A stretch of 63,056 nucleotides of DNA, filler included, from Lenisia limosa (taxonomy: Eukaryota > Protista > Breviatea): NCBI GenBank assembly GCA_001655205.1. It is 8 parts of 8 records of this genome, joined end to end, with 100 filler letters (N's around TTAATTAATTAA, not from the genome) between each part and the next. Parts side by side here need not be neighbours in the genome. Positions count along the whole stretch, not along the records: positions 45,171 to 59,883 come from LPNZ01006935.1; positions 59,984 to 61,637 come from LPNZ01002475.1; positions 61,738 to 63,056 come from LPNZ01007310.1; 5 more parts are not named here. One strand, 5' to 3'. Positions 56,201-63,056 of this stretch are shown one piece after another. Each line of letters begins with the position of its first letter. Within the stretch, counting starts at the first letter, position 1. The position numbers and the translations under genes are program-made. The notes under the pieces were generated by a model, which ran no database searches, was not told the DNA's origin, and saw only the letters and a program-made list of their open reading frames with translations.

Positions 56201-59200
56201 AGGTTTGGGGGGGGGGGTAATATATGTTGTCCCATACTGATATTATACGTTCTTATGACCTACTTTCAAGTTAAAATGATGATGAAGGGTATGATATGTT
56301 GACATTGTATAATGGCAATTGTATACTCCTCTAACGGCCTTATTATGCCTCACTTATCAGTGCCCTTCCATTCGAATTGCTATTTCGCCCCTTCCCTCCG
56401 GGCACGACTCGTTGGACGACTGGTGAGGGGCAATGCGGCTGTTGCTATTTGAGTGAGTTAATTGGAGTTGATCCCCACAACATGTCTGACATCTTCAAAT
56501 TGTTTTTGAACTGTATTTGATTGTCCAAAGTAATAAATTTTAATGATTTTTTACAGAATATTTAATTATACAATATAACTACATATCATAATTGATATGT
56601 TCATTCGGAGCTTACCTATTCTCATTTATCATACTTACATTGAGCTTAGTTTTCTGGTATTCACAACCTTAGCATCTGTCCGCCTGGAACTGAGTTTGGA
56701 AACAATGGGACTTGCCAAATCTGTCCCGGATCCCTCATTCGCCCGCATTCCTCCTTTGATTTACACGCATTCTGCCAGGCACCTGAAATAACACACTCTT
56801 CTTATGATGGCATGAACGTCTTCAGTTGCCCGTTTTACTCACGGGTATGCGATTCGTATATATATTGTATGTAAGATCGGATCTTGTCAAACGAAAACAT
56901 TTATATTCTTAGCAATTCTTATGTATAATATATCATATGCATATATATATATGTAATACATATGTATATATGCATATTATATCATGTTTTTGTTTCTAGA
57001 ATTGGAAAGAGATTGACCCCCCCCCCTAGAACCACTACCCATGGTTTGCCAAAGGGCGGGACGCCTGTATTTGCTACTATGGATACGAATGGAATCCCCT
57101 GTCGTATCGCTGCGACGAATGCAGCTACACCCAAGGACGAGGGGAGGCTGAAGGCCAGTTTGGCAAGTGTCGCGAATGTTACCCCTAGTGAGTGGGTATG
57201 TTTATGGTGTATTTTCATGCACCGTCATGACAATCAATAAGATATTTTCATGCACCGTCATGACAATCAATAAGATATATTCTTATCACAGTATTTATTT
57301 TGCTACATCTTCTGAACTCTTGTTAAATGTTGAACACCATCCTGCTTACTGTATAGTATTAAGGATGATGGAATGTGTATCCGGTGTACCTACCTCAAGG
57401 TTGCTAGTTTCAGTGACCCAACGCAATGGTTGGCCAGTTGGTAGAAGCAAATTGTTTCCAAAGTTTCTATTTTTTTTTTCGTTTTTCTCTTTTATTGCTC
57501 TTAAGTGTTAATTTGTATGTCTTTTTTTTTGCGAATCGAGTGAATATATCATATAATATGTATTAGTTTAATTTTTTGAAAGTAGTAAGAAAGTCCATAT
57601 CACCCCCTAGCGTCTGCCCAGCTGGAATGGGTCAAGTGTCAGCTGCGCAAAACTGCAGAGAGGTGGGTTACTGAAGTTTAACTAGCTTGGATTAACTCCA
57701 GTACTTTAGGAATGAATAAGTTAGTTTGAAGTTATTGTTTTATTATTTTTGAATTCATGTAGTGGATTATATGGCGTTTTATTCATTAATATGTCCGTTA
57801 TCAATGGAAGTAGTATGATTTTACACTATTCGCTCGAGAAAAGGTATGGCACTCTTTCCAGGTGAAATGGTATTCAAAGTAGGCTATACCTTATCCATGT
57901 CCCTGTACATCTTGCCACATCTTCTACCACTGTATCCACACTATCACGACTTAGTGCGGTATTGGTATGTATCAGCCAGGCGACTCATCTATCTGCGTGT
58001 ACTGCCCCGTCAACACGTTCAATAACCTTCTTGGAATGAAGAGCTGTTTTCAGGTATGTGCTACTATTGTTTTAGATGATTGATATTATACTATATTATT
58101 ATATATTTCAAGTTAATATGATCAACTATATCAGAAATGAGAGATATGCATATTACTATCTAAATACAATCCAACCAAATATTTGTATTATATTATATAT
58201 ATTATTATACATGTATGATAGGTAGTACTGCCATCAAGGGACCTGCTACAGCCAGTGTTATACCATTAACCCCTCAGTGCCCTGGAAATTCAATTACCCT
58301 AGAGGAAGGTTCTACGTCTCAGGTATGGCCACTATTCTATAAACTTTGTCATGCATGTATTTTTGATATGAGACAGAGCTACATGTTCTTTGTTGTTATA
58401 TTTTGTTATCATTATTTTGGGTGTCTGTCTGACCTCTATAGAGCGACTGTGTTTGTCCTGGGGGCTTCACAGGAATGGACTGTCTGACCAAAATTGAAAG
58501 AGTGAGCCCCTTGAGCTTGGCAATTTGCTGTCTTTCTGAGTCCTTTTTTTAATTGGAATAATATAATTCAAATTTGCAATACCGATGTACTAAATCGAAA
58601 GGCTGATCATTTATTCATTTTTGAGATTTGCTTTTTTTTTTTTTAATACCTCCGGTTAATCCTCGATGTGTTCATATTTTTCTTGGTATTTTGTTTTTTT
58701 TTAGTAAAATGTATTGATATTCTCATATCTCAAGGGGTACATGCTTCTTGGCGAGTCTGGAGTGCAGAAGTGCCAGGCATACTACATCTGCCCCGATGAA
58801 GGAATGGTCTGAGGCAGAGTTAAGTCGCCATTTTAAAAGAAGATTTTAATAGTGTTCTGTACTTTTTGACCTTTTAGGTATCTGAATCAGAGTGTGGCGT
58901 ATACGATTTCAATATGGCTCTAAGCGCCGCAACGTTCGATGACTATGAAATGATCGCCGCTAATGTTGAACATGCGTGCTCCTGCAGCCTCAACATGGGC
59001 AAGGGAGAAGAGGGCTGCCGATATGTATGTTGGAGAACTCCCTTTGGCTAACTCCATTATAGGTTTACCTTCATCTTACAACTTTGTACATTGTTTTTTT
59101 TTGAAAAAAAATTGTCTTGTGAATTGGTCATCAATTCACAGGTATTTTTTTTTGGCGTATTGTCCCTTTAACTTAGCTTTTTGTCATTGCATTATAAGAC

Positions 59201-59755
59201 CAACACCTGTTTTTTGTCCGTAGCCTACAGCCTGAAAAAGACTGGTTAAAAGTCCCAATTTTTAGAGGATTGAAAGAAGAAAAATATTTTAGTTGACAAT
59301 TTTAGTCCCATAAAATGAAATGATTCATATTATGTTTTATATAAAGCTACAATACTAACTATCTTCCTCTGTTTACTTTAATGTACATGTACATATGTAT
59401 ATCTCTGATGTCGCACACTAACCCAAAACAGCTCGATATGGGTGAGTACATGGAGTTAGATCGGACCATCCATATGTGCCAAGATAATGAGTACGTCATA
59501 AATGGTGACTACTACAAGTGCCACCCTTGCGATCTTGGCCTTGTTACAAACGATTTGCACGTGAGTTGCACCCAACTTTACCATCATCAATTTAACCCCT
59601 AGTCTCTCACCAATTTAGAATGGATGTCAGCACCCCCCTGGGTTCACAGGCGGTGCTGAAGCTCACATAACTGCGAGGGGTTTCTTTAGCCCCCAAGGAA
59701 TTTTCGAATATCAATGCCCAAATACGACTACAACGCTGCTCAGAGGCGCAGGAAG
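50275..59755 (+). CDS. Long cysteine-rich extracellular repeat protein (GCC2/GCC3, ephrin-receptor-like Cys repeats); truncated at an assembly linker
   Basis: More than 25 exons with CP.G.Y motifs: VCPFGYFC, LCPAGTYM, LCEKCPSGS..CLACPP, CSPCPDGTYA, CLLCPLGFF, CKLCPKGTY, QCPSGSTT..SECTC, ICPPGTEF, CGIGMYQPG...CVYCPVNTFNNLLGMKSCFQCPGNSITLEEGSTSQSDCVCPGGF. Last exon NGCQHPPGFTGG..RGFFSPQGIFEYQCP (59622-59755); no stop before the gap at 59884. Confidence 0.9.
50920..51417 (+). mobile_element. Penelope-like element reverse-transcriptase fragment (degenerate, intronic)
   Basis: FHQMVGLPMGTKAAPLLA, LYRHERDF, LRFIDDIL, YLGI..NTSIYDKRRDFCFKV....STIPKQIVKGVLNGQLTRYGRLCS match PLE RT motifs (G.PMG..AP, RFIDD, YDKRDDF, SQL.RY.R.CS). 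Two frameshifts at ~51020-51075; no endonuclease seen. Confidence 0.85.
54841..54926. mobile_element. MITE family B copy
   Basis: TA-GGGCTTCATTTCGGTCCG...TTCGGACTGTATTTAAGCC. Confidence 0.7.
57213..57280. repeat. Direct duplication, 33 bp x 2
   Basis: TATTTTCATGCACCGTCATGACAATCAATAAGA. Confidence 0.85.
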
Positions 59756-60118
59756 GTGGATAGGGGGCAGAGTGGAGGAGTCAAATGCCCTTTCTCTTGT
59801 TTTATTTGAAGGAAATGGTTAATGTTGAGGAATGATGTGTCGAGGGACTCTATGTAAAAGTTGAGGATTGATGTGTCGAGGGANNNNNNNNNNNNNNNNN
59901 NNNNNNNNNNNNNNNNNNNNNNNNNNNTTAATTAATTAANNNNNNNNNNNNNNNNNNNNNNNNNNNNNNNNNNNNNNNNNNNNGAAAAAAATAATTTACC
60001 TAAATAGGGTATATTTTACCCGATTTCTGCGGCCTAGCATATACATGTACATATCATATCTTTCATGTATGGTATCTAGTACACACATTAGATGCATATT
60101 ATAAATAGACTACTAATA

Positions 60119-60196
60119 TAGTGACCGTAATAAGTCTTGACCGATTTTCTATTTGATTTCCTAAGGAAAATAGGCCAAGACTTATCCCGGTCACTG
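60119..60196. mobile_element. MITE family A copy
   Basis: GTGACCGTAATAAGTCTTGACC...CAAGACTTATCCCGGTCACTG-TA. Confidence 0.8.
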
Positions 60197-60324
60197 TATA
60201 TGTACTGTATGCATAAACATTAGTATGATACATGTATTATCATATATTCAAAATGGTGGTGCGTTCTTTGGGGTGAAAGGTGACATGTCATATCTCCACC
60301 AACGTAAAATATATCAACACCTAC

Positions 60325-61631
60325 CTGAGTGAGTAACGAGGTAGTTTCCTTCTCTGCAGCCGCTCCAGCTACTTCCTGTTCCCACACCCGTTCTTCAATC
60401 TGGGAGGTAAGATGAACATTATTGGGAGAGGATTCCTGTGTATTTCAGCATATCAGGTTCATCGTATACAGTATTTCATATATTACGCTTTTTTTGCTAG
60501 GTAGTGAGGGCAGGGGGGGGGGGGTTGNNNNNNNNNNNNNNNNNNNNNNNNNNNNNNNNNNNNNNNNNNNNNNNNNNNNNNNNNNNNNNNNNNNNNNNNN
60601 NNNNNNNNNNNNNNNNNNNNCATAACACCAGGAACCGAAAATGAACCTCACCGACCTCGCCGTTTGTTGTGGGTTTAGGGAGGACGAAGCTTCGGAATAC
60701 GATCGGAAGATCGTCAGACTCCTCGAGATTGTTGAGGTTTGGCCCTGAGGCGGAGGGAGGCAGGCAGCCTGGGAAATGAGAAAGGTCAGGTACTTTCGAG
60801 CTTGTAGTACTCCATTTTGTAATGCTGGAGTAAACGCATCACTTTCACCGTCTTTTTTATGAAACTAATGTCCATATAAATACAATGTTTCTGTATACCC
60901 ATTTTACTCGGCTCATCTAAAAAGGGGGTGGCAGCGTCTGTAGTTAAAAATTAAATAAAAAGGGATAAAAGTGGTATTTCTATGAACAAAATTAAAAAAC
61001 AAAAGGTGAATTTTTGCAGCTACAGACGTTTTTTATAGAGCCGCCCAATTTTGGACAAGCCTTTTACCCCCCACTCTCGGCCCAGTAGGTGAAGACTTTG
61101 CCTCTGCCCTTCAGCTCCACTGGTCCACGCCATGTCAGCGCCACCGCCATCTCAAACGTCTGCAAGTATTAAACAAAAAAGCCCCACCTGTCCAACAAGC
61201 TTCAGGTCGCCAGACCAAATGATCTTGGAGGGGAGACCTGCCTCAGATTCGGGGGAGTTTTCTACCATGATTAGTAGGGTGCGCGAAGATGAGGAAATGA
61301 GAAGGCAAAGCTGATCACAACATTATGTGGCGATTTGAATTGAGGAAAATGAGAACAACAAAGGAGTTTCTGAACTAAGAGAAACTGATAATTCATCCAA
61401 TCTTTTGCCTTACAACACGAATAAAAAAGCTAATAATATCCTTGTTAAACATCCCTAAATTCGCAATGATACAACTACTGCGTTTTCTTTGTTTTGAAAA
61501 GCAACTTCTGCCCACCTCACCCATTTCAGCACAAGGCGTGATTACAGCGTCATGAATGGCTTCCGCCGTCTCAGCACTGACCAGGATTTTGGAGGCTGCG
61601 GACTTCCCCAAAACACGTGATGACGTGTTAA
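60325..61631 (-). CDS. Fragment of a second, paralogous class III cyclase (end of a CHD1-type domain and following linker)
   Basis: Exons 61521-61631 (VNTSSRVLGKSAASKILVSAETAEAI), 61188-61237 (GLPSKIIWSGD), 61075-61159 (LTWRGPVELKGRGKVFTYW), 60652-60768, 60325-60399. The first four are phase-consistent. Confidence 0.85.
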
Positions 61632-61737
61632 CTGTGTNNNNNNNNNNNNNNNNNNNNNNNNNNNNNNNNNNNNNNNNNNNNTTAATTAATTAANNNNNNN
61701 NNNNNNNNNNNNNNNNNNNNNNNNNNNNNNNNNNNNN

Positions 61738-63056
61738 TCATGGCCCGAGTTGAACTTGAAGATGATTACACCATCACGGCGGTTTGTAAGTAAAATCTAG
61801 ACGGTAATTGGGTGGAGCATGGGAACTGATTTTAAAGTAAAACAACTCCAACAATTAAATCGCTATGATCGGTTAGGGATAACTTTAAAGTAAAACAACA
61901 ACAAATAAAACGCTTGATAGGGGATATCAGCATAATTGGATATTGAAGACACATTGATAGGCGGAGGGTGATTTTTTTGATACATTTCCTCGGCCTCAAC
62001 AAAATAGAAGAAAAGCAGCTCACTTCAGAGATTTGGCCAAGAGGGAAGTTGGACTTAGGCACGGTTCCCTTCAAGTTGAAGATGTGTTTATCGGTTACCA
62101 GCTGGTTAGGTTAGAGGGGGGGAATTTACAAAAGAAAGAAATAAAACTGTGAGTGAAAAAAGAGGGTGCTCATCAAAAAGAAAACTCTCAACTGTTGGCG
62201 TAAAACTATTCTCACCCCTCACAATAGTCCTGGGCTGTCCCTTGCCTGCAGCGTTGTACTTCAAAATATTGGCGACGAAGATGATGCGACTGTCGGTGGG
62301 AGCTATGCAGTGACAAGGGTGGCTTGGCACCGTGGTTTTGGAATTGGAATACATGGTAGATAGTTTTAACAAGCTGCCTACAAGACAATACACTCATCAA
62401 AAAAAGAATACATATTACATAATATTATATCGATATGATATATATTATAACATTGCCCAGTGAGCCCACCATGCTTGGTGAAGAACTCAATGGCAGCTGG
62501 AGAGCCTTCGGCCCACATGCCGTCAGTATGGTCCCCCTTAAACGGCTGGAACATGGACAGGACGTTGCGTTGCTGAATAGGGAGTGAAGGGAGGGGAAAT
62601 TTCGTAGAGAGGGAGGGGATTGAAAGTGTATATCAGAAAAAATTAATTCCATCCAAAAGCTTCTGAATTACAGTAAGTCAATTATCTAGGAAAAGTGAAA
62701 TTGACGCTGTGAGCAATAAATCCAACCCCCAAGACCAACCTTTCGGCCTTGGACAAGTCGAGGAACCGTTTTTCGGACTTTCATGAGATAGGTTTGGTCT
62801 CTGCACGACCTCCATGCGTTTTGGATCTTGCGACTATGTGGTGAAGGTGGTATGTATGGCAAGGTCAAGGTGCAGTATTAACGACACTGTTATAATGACA
62901 CGAACAAAATAGCAGCGAAGCAGCATACACGACGTCGTTAAGGGCGCGTTCCCTCAGGTCTTCGAGTTGGAAGAGAGTCTCCGGCCTTCTGATGAACACC
63001 TTCGACTTCCCAAGCTGGTACTCTGTGGAGGGGATGCCACTTGCCTCCATGAGGGC
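61738..63056 (-). CDS. Class I myosin, 3' part (end of motor/converter, IQ, TH1); incomplete at both ends
   Basis: YQLGKSKVFIRRPETLFQLEDLRER, IQ-like RKIQNAWR, K.RNVLSMFQPFKGDH, RIIFVANILKYNAAGKGQPRTILVTDKHIFNL, ILLTNRRDGVIIFKF. Exons are phase-consistent. Confidence 0.92.

Overview
Intron-rich, AT-rich eukaryotic (protist-like) nuclear DNA in the standard genetic code; the fully traced genes end in TAA or TGA. It is a draft assembly: seven 100-nt gaps (N44-TTAATTAATTAA-N44) join contigs, and many other N blocks abut G/C homopolymers. The ORF track is mostly shadow ORFs, so genes were rebuilt by hand from GT-AG exons and splice phase. Main genes: (1) a ~12 kb minus-strand Cid1/TRF4/GLD-2-type nucleotidyltransferase with a C4 zinc finger, a KE coiled coil, a Q-rich region and an RG-rich tail; (2) a DUF4395-like membrane protein; (3) a ~17 kb plus-strand membrane cyclase with a multi-TM sensor block, a dead cyclase-homology domain and an inverted two-domain, probably guanylyl, cyclase; (4) an orphan minus-strand gene; (5) a long Cys-rich GCC2/GCC3-type ectodomain gene, which may be the missing N-terminus of a receptor cyclase and carries a Penelope-like RT relic in an intron; (6) a fragment of a second cyclase; (7) the 3' part of a myosin I. 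Introns carry two TA-flanked palindromic MITE families and two further dispersed repeats, one of which sits repeatedly at 3' splice sites. I found no rRNA, tRNA or CRISPR array. All domain calls are motif recognition by eye, not database searches.
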